From assembly GCF_032444005.1 (NCBI RefSeq), contig NC_091291.1, positions 21,576,001 through 21,640,000 of the forward strand: DNA of 64,000 nucleotides, in the 5' to 3' direction. The translations under genes and the position numbers were made by a program. Shown here piece after piece: positions 1 through 11,177 of the stretch. Origin of the DNA: Ranitomeya imitator (lineage: Eukaryota). The notes under the pieces were generated by a model. It was not told the origin of the DNA. It made no database searches and saw only the letters and a program-made list of their open reading frames with translations. Every line of letters begins with the position of its first letter. Position 1 is the first letter of the stretch.

Positions 1-1140
1 CTTCTGCTATAGACCGGTACTGACCTTTTAGCGCTCCTTTGACTCTGTGTTTGGATTCCCCGGTACTTGACTCTACTTTGGCTCTGACCTGACCTTGTCT
101 CTTCCTTCTGGTACTTCTGCTATATAGACCGGTACTGACCTTTTAGCGCTCCTTTGACTCTGTGTTTGGCATTCCCTTTGGTACTACGCTACTCTCTGGT
201 ATCGACCTGGCTTGTCTGACTATTCTGCTGCCACCTGGTGGTAGCCTCACTGCAGTTCTGCTGGTCTGCTCTGAGCAGGATTTCAGCCCTCTCTCCACTC
301 TGCTGCCATCTAATGGAGTTTTGCATTTACCGGCAGTGCTGCAGTGTGACAAAAGGCTTCACAAAAGACTATGCAGGTCTAAAACATGTTGTCTGGGTGC
401 GCAACAAACCTTTTTTTCTGCCTTTTTAATTTTTATGTTATTGTATTCAACCATTTTGTGCCTTTTATACTGCTGGATAAATAAAGCAATTTTTTTTAAG
501 AAGATGTGAGTGCTGGCTAATGATTGGACTTTTTTTCTACCACTGGGATATTTTGCTGTGCACCTGTCAATAGGAGCTGATTGCTTCTTTCTGTATATTT
601 TCTTTGTATGTGGTCTTCTCCTTAGGTTGTAATCTAAATTGCCATATCCACCTCTTCTCCCTCTATTGTGGTCTGTTGGAGTCCAAGTGGGCCAGTAGGA
701 GCAGCCTCCCATTATAAGACCCCTTCTGAAAATCAGAACTGATTGACTGCACTCATTGATAATTGTAATGTAATGGATTTCAAGAGTTTAATGTGTTAAT
801 TTTATCACTATGACCAGCAGGGGGAGTAGTTTGAATGTAAATGTAATACCTCTACTGACCACCAGGAGGGCGATCATGACAATTCTTTGAGTAAAATTCA
901 CTGCCGTCTTCAGTATTGCAATGTACGTGATGCAGAAACGCTGCAAATGCGCAGTGGGAAAAAATCCACATCAAATCCACATGTGTGCTGGAATCTTATA
1001 CATTGCCAAACAGAAAACCGCAATAAATTGCACACAAAGGATAATTTATTTGCAGAAAATGTTTGCTACGTGTTGAGGAGATTTTTAAAACTTAACTTTG
1101 TGTCATCTATTAGAATTGTGAATCACTTTCTTTTTGTTAG

Positions 1141-1234
1141 TGGATTGGACAGTGCCCATTCTGATTGGCGGAGGGATTCTCGCTTTCCTCGTAATGTGTG
1201 TTACCGGTGCAGTCTGTGCAATGAGAAAATGCAG
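1141..1234 (+). CDS. Gene A transmembrane exon
   Basis: ttttgttag|TG...GCAG|gtatgt; hydrophobic PILIGGGILAFLVMCVTGAVCAM followed by basic RKCR. Confidence 0.75.
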
Positions 1235-4200
1235 GTATGTAATGAACAAGAATATACAGTGCAAATATTGTTTTTATGGGCAAAGAAATCGCTGGTTCCT
1301 GTATTATATGTATACAGATCAGTATGTTTAGTAAAGTACAGGAATATGAAGAGCAGTCATGTATTATATAGAGACCTCCCAGGCCATAGTGGCACATTTA
1401 GGCCTCATAGGTTCCTCACAGTAGGACCAGCAGGTGTTATGTTTAAAATTTGCTCCAGGCCATGGCAACATGTTTAGGACACTTTGACTGCTCAGAGCGT
1501 CACGATCCAACATGTGGTCTGGTGTCGTTGCGTTGAAAATCGTTTTTTGGGATATTTTCAAGAAATGGCCATGATGATTGATCCACTCTTCACAAAAAGT
1601 ATAATTGTACATGACATACAAAGACTAATGTACAGTATTATTATGTGTCCATGTAAACCATAAGAAGGCGTTTGGGCTACGGGTCAACCATCCAGCTCCA
1701 GGTGTTACACTGAACTCACGCCACTGCTTTAAAAGGCCATCATGGTGCAGCTGGCATTGTAGGCTGCAATGGAGGTCTGTCCTCGTCAGTGATGAGTCTC
1801 GCTTTTGTCTTGGATGCAATTATTGCTGGACATTAATCTGGAGACCACGTGGACAACCACATAAATAGTCCTTCTCACGGGAACATCACACCAGTCCCAC
1901 TCCTAGGATTATGGTTTGGGGCGACACAATGTTCAGTGTTCGGACCCCTCTGGTAGTCATGCCAGGTACTCTAACATGTCAACGTTTCATTGGTTTGGTC
2001 GTGAAACCAGTGATACGGCCTTTTCTTCAAAAGCCGATTTTCAACACAACGGCACCAGGCTTGTGCCACTGTGAGCAGCCAATGTGGCCTAAGCATACTG
2101 CCATGGCCTGCACAGTCTCCGGACTTGTCTACCATAAATAATGATCTCTGATACTGTTAGGCTTTATACTCCGACACTGTTTATGGGGGCATTCTGACAC
2201 TCTTTATCTAGGCACAGCAGCACTGTTTTTGGGATACTTTTTTCATTATGACAACTTACGTACGGTAATTATTAATTAATAAATATACCTGCCAATTCCT
2301 TATTTCTACCTTATTTTTGCATCAAGGAAAAATAAAATTTCGGAACCAAATAGTTATATAATCAAAGACACAACATTTAACTGTGATGTCAGTACCAAGG
2401 AAGGGAAGAAGAGGCCTCGTTCAAGGAGAGATGTCGATGACAATGACACTTGTCTTATATATGAGGTATAATCATAGAATCCTAGAATGTTAGATTGGAA
2501 GGGACCTCTGGGGTCGTCATGTCCAACCCCCTGCTCAATGCCGGAGTCACTAAACCATCTCAGATAGATGTCTGTCCAGCCTCTGTTTGAAGACTTCCAT
2601 TGAAGGAGAACTCACCACCTCTCGTGGCCGCCTGTACCACTCATTGATCACTCTCACTGTCAAAAAGTTTAAGGATGATCCCTCTACACTGTGACATCCC
2701 ATGGAATATTTTGGTAGCACATTTGTCCCCTATAAAACAAATTGGGTTATATTACAGTCTATAGTTTTCCCTCCACCATCTTGCCTTGACATAATGCCGT
2801 TTGAGTAGCGAGAGAAGACTTATGAATGTTTATAGTTCTCGTGGGACGGGAATCAGATGTGAATAGGGCATAAAAAAGGAAGTGTTTATCAAATTGATCT
2901 GAATGGCAAGTACCAATGTGGCCCAATGAGTTTCACCCTGTTGGCTTCCTCTGGTGCACAGCCTCTTTTCGGATCTACTTTTAAGCCTACACAGGTAAAC
3001 ATTGGGAAAATGTAAAATTACATGTCAATCATTCAAATGAAAAAGTCTAAAAAAAGTAGGAACTCTTGTTTAGTGGCTCTGTGATCCGACTCATAGCGGG
3101 GAAGTCCTGATTGGGAAACCATCTATGATGTCTATATGCCGTAATCACCGCTTCGAGTTCATATCTTGCATTGGTTCCGGGAAAACCATGGCACATGACC
3201 GGTTTTAATTCATAACACATTGGAATAAATAATGCCAGATTTTTTAGGATACCCACTTTAATGTGGTGGGTGAAAAAAAATAACACGGAAAAAAGTCACG
3301 TATTTTAGCATGAGGCAGATTGTGGATTTTTTTTTTCCACTGGTAAAAAAGAGTACCGTATTTTCCGGCGTATAAGACAACTGGGCGTATAAGACGACCC
3401 CCACAACTTTTCTAGTTAAAATATAAAATCTTCTTAAAAGTCAGGGGTCTTCTTATATGCCGTGTGTCGTTTTATAGGGCGGGTGACCAATGTGCATATG
3501 GTGGGGTGGAGTGGTCCCGATGACAAAGAGAGGGTGCGTCTCACAGGGAAGGTGTAAGTGGAGTATCCCCCATTACCTCATTGTAGCAGCGATGCTTTCT
3601 GTGCTGGGGGGGCGGTGTCGGTGGCTCCTCTATGCGCAGCGTGGGGTCTCCATGCTGGGGTCGGCGCTGGCTCCTTTTTGTGCAGTGTGGGGGCTCTGTG
3701 CTGGGGGGCGGCGTCGGCGTATTTCTGTGCAGCATCGGGGCTCCACCTTCATTTCCTGAAAGCCCAGAGGCATCGGCAGCTCCATTTCTGCGATGCGGTG
3801 GCCTCCGGGAAAATGGCTGCTGGGGGAGGCTCATGCTCAGATTCAGATCTCGTCTCCTGAGATCTCGGGACGAGATCTGAATCTGAGCATGCACCGCCCC
3901 CAGCAGCCATATTCCCGGAGGCCACCGCATCGCAGAAATGGAGCTGCCGGTGCTTCTGAGCTTTCAGGAAATGCCGGCGGAGCCCCGACTCTGCAGGAAG
4001 ATACGCCGCCGCCGCCCCACAGCACAGAGAGCATCGCTGCTTTGCTACAATGCGGTAATGGGGGATACTCCACTTACACCTTCCCAGTGAGATGCCCCCT
4101 CTCTTCGTCATCGGGACCACTCCCCCCACCCACCATATGCACCCGCCCTATAAGACGAGACCCGGCGTATAAGACGACCCCCGACTTTTAGGAAGATTTT

Positions 4201-5267
4201 CAGGGTTTAAAAGGTTGTCTTATACGCCGGAAAATACGGTAAATCACTTAGTTGTTTTCCCCTTTAGAAATTTGAAGAAATCTGTTTTTTTTTCACCTTT
4301 GCACAGTGTATTTCTAATCTTCTATCATTGTTTCCCCACTTTACAGAATTCAGGAAATATTTATATAAATTCTATTTCCCAGGTAATGTAGTACTCTCAT
4401 TTTTCACCAATATATACAGTATGTGGAATACATTTTTCAGATGCACATTTTTTTTCTACATAAGTAAATTTGTGAACAGTTTTCTCTTCAGACCCTCAAA
4501 GTACCTATTACACACACAATATCCGTAGCTGTAATCATAATTCTGTTGATTGTTATTGAAAACGGTCAACAAGTTTGTGGACAAGACATTCTAACAGCTT
4601 AGCTGAACTCGTAAAGGGGAGGATATTTTTGGCAATTATTTTACCTTCCCTTGTGTAAAGTTAACAGTAGACCCAAGGTGACCAGATGCCTGAGATAGCA
4701 TCCAGTTGACCCCTTGTTTGGCTGACAGTTATCTCTCCTCGGCCCATTTTACAACATATAGCTCTTGGCTTAATGATTGTTCGGCCCTACAGCTATATTC
4801 CGTGAGTCCATTACACCTAGGTACACTCAGCTCGGCAGAACTCTTCGGTGATCCCTGAGAAAGCCTCTGCCAGACTCCTCTGGCAGTGACTTATTTTGTG
4901 GACAATAAAAGGACCGGCTGTTGAAAATATGGTATGGTATTCCAGATCCTTTACTTCCCCCGGAGTCCCTGATTTATATCAAACGATCCTGCTGATATTG
5001 GTAGCTTTGGTTGATGTTAGTCGTATGTGTATGGGGGGTCGTTACACAAGTTGTCCTTGCTTGGCCAGGTTAAACAGAAGCCATTGTAAGAGGCAAATAA
5101 AATGATATTTTAGATACCATGATGCTAATTTTGAATTTTTCAATGTTAATTTCTGTACTTAGCAGAATGTTAAAGAAGAAATTTATGTCAATGGTGATGA
5201 AGACAAAGGGAAGAAAGAGAACAGAGCAGTAGAAGAAGACATTTATATCAACGGTTTATCTTATTAA
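1141..5267 (+). CDS. Gene A, 3' part of a type I membrane receptor: join(1141-1234,2327-2465,2962-2994,4347-4382,5163-5267); TM plus tyrosine-rich tail. Ectodomain lies upstream of the window, so family identity is unproven.
   Basis: AG/GT-bounded exons with compatible phases (1-2, 2-0, 0-0, 0-0, 0-stop) give VDWTVPILIGGGILAFLVMCVTGAVCAMRKCR-KNKISE...TCLIYE-PLFGSTFKPTQ-NSGNIYINSISQ-QNVKEEIYVNGDEDKGKKENRAVEEDIYINGLSY*; AATAAA at 5571-5576. Confidence 0.62.
1370..2140. pseudogene. Degenerate Tc1-like transposase fragments (plus ~1660-2130; inverted fragment ~1370-1600)
   Basis: WRSVLVSDESRFCL, MVWG and TPLVVMPGTL on +; FQRNDTRPH and MLPWP on -. Confidence 0.7.
2327..2465 (+). CDS. Gene A cytoplasmic exon ending ...TCLIYE
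   Basis: Pyrimidine tract + catcaag acceptor, open phase-2 frame, GAG|gtataa donor. Confidence 0.62.
2962..2994 (+). CDS. Gene A 33-nt cytoplasmic exon (PLFGSTFKPTQ), completes LIYEPL
   Basis: ttggcttcctctggtgcacag| ... CAG|gtaaac; phase 0-0. Confidence 0.5.
3356..4239. mobile_element. Non-autonomous Tc1/mariner (Tc2-like) MITE with internal foldback
   Basis: TIR CCGTATTTTCCGGCGTATAAGAC at both ends, TA TSD; internal inverted arms centred near 3865. Confidence 0.9.
4347..4382 (+). CDS. Gene A 36-nt cytoplasmic exon (NSGNIYINSISQ)
   Basis: tttccccactttacag| ... CAG|gtaatg; phase 0-0; IYxN motif also repeated in the last exon. Confidence 0.6.
5163..5267 (+). CDS. Gene A terminal coding exon (EEIYVN, EDIYIN)
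   Basis: Tandem TAG/CAG acceptor at 5160-5165, open frame to TAA at 5265-5267, AATAAA at 5571. Confidence 0.65.
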   Translation, partial: QNVKEEIYVNGDEDKGKKENRAVEEDIYINGLSY

Positions 5268-5889
5268 TAGCTGAACCCCTGAAGAATCCTTGCTTGGTGG
5301 TGAAACGTTTGGAATCTCATTCATTTTTCATCTTTGTTTTTGGGATAAGTTCACATTGGTTGATCCAGTTAGACCGGATGCATGATGACTGTATAATGTA
5401 TTTAGACAGTAAAGCACTTTTATGGGATTTGTTCTTCTTCATCTCTACGTTTACAAATTGTGGTTCTTTTTTGGAGGAATGTTTTTTGGTGATAACTTTA
5501 ATCATGGTATTTATTGCCCATGTTTTTGCAATTTTTTTACTTTTCGCTTTTAACTATTTTTGTACAGATTAATAAAATTTGGATTTATATAAACTGTGTC
5601 AGACAAATTTATGACCCGTATTATATTCATCCCACTTCGTCTGTTTTCTTCTACTTTTGGATGTTTGCTACCATTTATGGAGTTTAAATCGGGAGTGGAG
5701 CCACCCATGTTTATTTCCTTGTCCCTACAAACATCACTACCGAAGACATCATTTTCTACACTGTACAGCACAAAAGCAGACATATCCGGTAGGTATTTAG
5801 TCCTGAGGAAGCTACATCATGAACAGTACCCATGTCTCTTACAATGTCCACAACATAAGATAGCTTCTATAATGACCACTACATATGAC

Positions 5890-6119
5890 TAGGGATGAAC
5901 TGATCCATTGAAGTTCCGGTTTACGTGACCTTTGTTTTAAAGTTCGGTTCGGGTACCCGAATTTGAACCAGAACCCGAACCCCATTGAAAACAATAGGGA
6001 CCCGGACTTTTGAGCCGGAAAACTCTCTTCTGGGAGAAGTCCATTTTCGGCACTTAGCATCAGACACTAACTGTCCGGTACAAACCCCAAACGTTTAAGC
6101 TCGGGTTCCCTCATTTCTT
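5890..6119. mobile_element. hAT-type MITE
   Basis: Starts TAGGGATGA; 8-bp TSD CATATGAC; right TIR degenerate. Confidence 0.65.
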
Positions 6120-6296
6120 CATATGACGTCTCTTATAGCAACCAGTACAGATGGTGTCTCCTAAAATGACCACTACACGTGATATGATATCCTTTAATTT
6201 CCACTGTCCATGTTATGTGACTTCATATCCTTTAATGGCCACTGCACATGACATTTCCACATTTCCTATGTCAACCACTATATATCATGTCTCCTG

Positions 6297-6908
6297 TAGA
6301 GATAAGCAAAAACATTTCAGTAGAATTTAATTATACTCAAGTTCAGAAAAATTCCGCCTTCTTTAAAATGTGAATTTTTTTCTTATTCGATTTCTGCATC
6401 TGCTGTTTTTCTAAACCATAAAAATGTATACAAAAGAATCCAACAAAACATTATGCTGAAATTACCACTCGCCTCTATGGCCCCACTGCTCCTCATCATC
6501 ACCCGTCCAATCCTCGCAGCATCTTCAGATCATTGCAGCTCATGCTGAAATCCTGTGACCTCTCATGTTGGATTAAAACTTCCGGTTTTGATGAAGGGTC
6601 CTCTACTAAAGGTTGCAGAGTAATGTCTTCTCCGCATGCCCGCTGATCTCAGTATTCGCAGAGGCAATCTGAAGATGAAGGGAGAACCAAATGGATGACG
6701 GTGAGGAGCAGAGGGGTTGGAGAGGTAAGCTGTAAGGATATGGGTTTTTCTTATATTTTTACATCCTACTACTATTATACTCTGGAGTCTGAAGAGACCT
6801 CAGAGTTTAACAATAGACATTAAATTTGGGGAGAATAATTTAAAATATCCCAGGAAAAAACTGCATGACCAAGGAAAGTTGGAATTTTACCTGATCTGGT
6901 CATCTCTA
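6297..6908. mobile_element. hAT-type MITE
   Basis: TAGAGAT...ATCTCTA termini; TSD GTCTCCTG/GTCTCCTA. Confidence 0.7.
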
Positions 6909-7199
6909 GTCTCCTATAATGATCACTATACGTGCCATCTTTTACAATGACCTCTACACATGGAGGCTCCAATAATGACTGCTATGTATGGTGTCTTTTA
7001 TAAAAATACTACACATGGTGTCTCCTATAATAATCAATGTACATGACATCTACATGGTGTCTCCTATAATAACCACTACTCATGACGTTTTCCATGCTGT
7101 TTTACAAAGAATATCAATATTGGTACACTGGCCTCATGCATTAATCATTCCTTATGACTAAATCACCCGTGTTGCAATCATAGATAGGGCTGAGGACTC

Positions 7200-7351
7200 G
7201 ACCACTTCTGCTTTCCCAGAGCGTGCAGCTATAACAGGAGAAGTCAGGAGAGTGGGGGACAGAGAGTGAGCTGTAAAAGCTTATAGTGAAGATATACTTC
7301 ACCCAAGATCAAAGCCAAGACTTGTAGTTTTATTTTCTGCAAGACATACAG
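7200..7351 (+). promoter_or_regulatory. Possible gene B non-coding first exon / promoter
   Basis: Strong CAG|gtaaga donor at 7351/2; candidate ttttag acceptor near 11086 upstream of the leader ATG. No transcript evidence. Confidence 0.3.
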
Positions 7352-7379
7352 GTAAGAAATTTCCTACAGGACTCAGGAG

Positions 7380-8130
7380 AGTAAGAAACAGGCTCATCGG
7401 GAGGGTAGTAACGGGCTTATCGGGAGAGTAAGGAATGGACTCATCGGGAGGGTAAGGAACAGGCTTATCGGGAGGGTAAGGAACAGGCTTATCAGGAGGG
7501 TAATAACTGGCTCATCGGAAGGGTAGTAACAGGCTCATCGGGAGGGTAAGAAATGGGCTTATTGGGAGGGTAAGAAGTGGGTTCATTGGGATGGTAATAA
7601 TGGGCTCATCAGGAGGGTAATAACAGGCTCATTGGGAGAGTAATAACGGACTCATCGGGAGAGTAAGAAACGGACTCATCAGGAGGGTAAGGAACAGGCT
7701 TATCAGGATGGTAATAACGGACTTATCGGGAGAGTAGGGAACAGGCTTATCGGGAGGGTAATAACAGGCTCATCAGGAGGGTAATATGGGCTCATCAGGA
7801 GGGTAAGAAATGGGCTTATCAGGAGGGTAATAACGGACTTATCGGGAGAGTAGGGAACAGGCTTATCGGGAGGGTAATAACTGGCTCATCAGGAGGGTAA
7901 TAACAGGCTTATAGGGAGAGTAAGAAATGAGCTCATCGGGAGGATAAGAAACAGGCTTATCGGGAGGGTAATAACTGGCGCATCGGGAGGGTAATAACAG
8001 GCTCATCGGGAGGGTAATAACATGCTCATCGGGAGGGTAATAACAAGCTCATCGGGAGGGTAATAACAGGCTTATCAGTAGGGTAATAACAGGCTTATCG
8101 TGAGAGTAAAAAATTAGATCATCGGGAGGA
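7380..8130 (+). repeat. 23-bp minisatellite (AACAGGCTCATCGGGAGGGTAAT)n, ~32 copies
   Basis: Tandem unit visible directly. Confidence 0.93.
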
Positions 8131-9741
8131 TAACAAACAAGGTCAAGGGTAAAAAAAATTGTATAGTGGGACAAACTAACTCCATATGGTTAAGTCTTGT
8201 TCAAAGTCATTAGAAACTTATTTTTAAAATCTCAATTGATTATTTTGTAAAAAAAGGAAAAGTTCTTCAAATTTCCATAGACTTTGTGTTGTAAATCATA
8301 GGTCATTAATATAAAAGTAATGGTCAATCCCTTTAATACATAACTGATATGAAAACAATCTGGCTAACATTCTCAGACAGTAAACTTGAACATAACTAGT
8401 CCTGTTTCCAGCTGAAAAGTGTATACAATGACTTCTTACCTAGACCATGCTCTGTGTGCTAATTACTGTAGTCTTTAGTACTTTGCTACAATGCATCCAT
8501 CTGAAAGTCTAGTCTGGATACAATTATATGTACGTCTAATTGGAGAAACAGACTAGATAAGAGCAGGGATTGGTGGCTCAGAATAAAAACAAGACTGTCC
8601 ACATTCACTGACGGCAAACAAATATTTTGAAATAGTAAGAGTAAATTCATAATAGTCGATAGTCGGGGCTATAGACTGCAATGGTGCTGGCAGAGCGAAC
8701 GTGCGCACTGTCGTGCATCATTTTTCGGATTGTTCACTGTGCAAGTAGCCCATGTGTTTTTGGTTCTATAATTGTTCTCTTGTTTCTACAAGACTGGGGA
8801 GTCCATCACTCCTCTGTGGGTCATTTGCACTAAAGCTGTTCCATCCAGCACGTCCACATGGATATTCCCTCTCTGAACCCTGCTTATACAGGTACTATAC
8901 AGATGATCTGGTTTTTAAATACATCAGATAGGGATTATATACATTAGATAGGACTGCTCTATTACGGGTATACCTTGGCGATTGGTGGAGCAGCTTAATA
9001 TACATTTTTTTTGCAAAAAAACGTATTAACTAAATACCCTGTATTTTTTTCATTTTTTGACTAGCACTTGCTCATTTACTGTGACTTCTTTACAACAGAG
9101 TATTTTTGACCTCATTGTGCTCTTTTTGTGTCTTCAAGTTTCTTGGTGGTGTGAACAGGTTTCTACAGACTTGTTCACTGTGCAAGTAGCCCATGTGTTT
9201 TTGGTTCTATCATTTTTCGGAGTGTACGCTCACTGGAGGCGGACACTAAGATGTAGTCGACTGTAGTAAACTTTAGTTATTGAACTCAATTTTGTAATAA
9301 ACTTTGGATATTTAGATTTTTTTCTCAAATTCAATTTATTGTTAATGTGACAAGATGTCAGTGAGTTTTTGCAACTGTGAAAAGCAATGTGAAATACCGG
9401 AACTTAAACAGTATAAAAAGGAAGAAAGTGAGGAAGTCATGCAATATTTTTGGAAATTTACTTCTGAATTATTTCCAGATTTTGGTTTGTAGAGACAGTG
9501 ACACACAAGAAAGACATAACAACCAAAATAAACAAGCAATAGTAACGAGGAACTTCACAGCAAAGCCCAGCATTTCTGTCTAGCTAAAAAGTATTCTTTT
9601 TTTTTTTTAATTCGATACTCTATCAGGAGTTGTTTATTCTGTAAGCGTCCATCACCAGTCTGTGCATTGGGTTCTATTTTCATCCATTTTTGGTTGACTT
9701 GATTAATTGAATTTTATCTGCAAATCTTTAAAAATGGACAT

Positions 9742-10032
9742 TAGTGATGATTGAACGCGCTCGAATAATCCAACGATGCTCGTCTGCTGACCAAGTGTTT
9801 TTCGCGTGCTCGGAAAATATGGTCGAGTCCCCCGCAGGTGCTTGTCTCGCGGCTGTTCAAAGGCCACAACACTTGCAGTGATTGCCTAACAAACAGGTAA
9901 CCCATGCATGTGTTTTGGCTGTTTAACACCGGCGGAGACTGGAACATATTTTTGAGCACACCAAAAAGACGCTCGGTTAGAACATGAGTATGCTCGGATG
10001 ACACCATATTCGAGCATGGTCATTCATCACTA
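9742..10032. mobile_element. hAT-type MITE
   Basis: TAGTGATGA...TCATCACTA TIRs; perfect 8-bp TSD ATGGACAT. Confidence 0.9.
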
Positions 10033-11116
10033 ATGGACATGTTTTTATTTGTCTGCACCCCCGATAAAACATGCCCAAAGATAAACTGTGATTATAATCA
10101 GTACATATACATGGGGACTATGATGGCTGCATGTTCCTGGGAACGATAATAAGTACATGTGAAACACATGGATAAAATAAATATGTGAAAAATGGCCTTA
10201 AGATGGAAAATCATGGAAACCTATCATCTCTATCGAGCAGAACAACTACAGAAAAATTGATGGCAAAACTACTTACTCCAAATCTATGTGACAGTTCTTT
10301 TACTTGCACGCTAAAAATGGACTAATTTTTCATCGGTGTACAGGATCCGATTTTCATCCATTATTAGTCCATGTGTCCATTTTTATTATCCATGTGTCAT
10401 GCCAAAAAAAAGCAACTGACAGAGGCTTCTCAAGCTTTTTCAAGCATCTGTATGATATCCATGTGTAATTTAATACCCCATTCATTGAATTCTACCACAT
10501 TGGTCCTCCAATTAGATCTAAATCAGCCATGTGTCCAATGGTCTGCAAACAAAGAGAAAAATAATTTGTGTTTGAAAAGTCTCCGACTCGAACGGTGAAA
10601 GGATCCACATGTGGCATTTCCAAATTTGCCATTCTAATTGGAATCTAATGTTAGTGACTGTGCATCGTCAATGTATCTCAAATTTGATGATCAAGTACAG
10701 GATGGCCTCAGCATTGGGCTTCCCATTGCAAGTTTTACTGTAGAAATCCACTCCAAGTAGGCTTAGAAGATCAGGAACTCCTTTGGTACATACATGTCTA
10801 TCCACTACATTTTTCAAGTTGCCCCATTACTTAGAAGATCTGAGGTTTGATATTCCGGCATTGTCAGTGCATGACTCTGGTAGGTGGCTAGTTTAAGTCT
10901 TCAAATTCTACATCACCGCTCACTATTGTTGGCACCATGCAAAGTAAAGACACAAGCCTTAACTATCTTCCAGGTACTTTTTTTTGCAAATCTGAAGGAA
11001 AAACCATAAAGATCTGTTTAATCAATAACCAAGACCGGTGCAGAATGTATACTGCCGTCACTTACACTACTGCTCATTAATTTTAGGGAATATTTCCTTT
11101 GCACAACTTGGGACCA

Positions 11117-11177
11117 ATGACAGACTGGAGTCTACATTTCCATGCAATAATATTGATTAGTCCTCTGTTATGGAAAG
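11117..11177 (+). CDS. Gene B signal-peptide exon
   Basis: MTDWSLHFHAIILISPLLWK-G|gtgagt; ending matches the gene D leader (PLFWKG). Confidence 0.8.

Noticed and set aside
887-1477. 196-aa ORF as a gene
   Set aside because: Off-frame overlap of the real TM exon with intron and Tc1 remnants; no recognisable domain.
3490-4191. Overlapping ORFs on both strands as genes
   Set aside because: They are mirror images produced by the GC-rich palindrome inside a MITE; likewise 27856-28749.
8447-8512. MLCVLITVVFSTLLQCIHLKV* as the gene B signal peptide
   Set aside because: No phase-1 GT donor; the 11117-11177 exon has a perfect donor and matches the paralogous PLxWKG ending.
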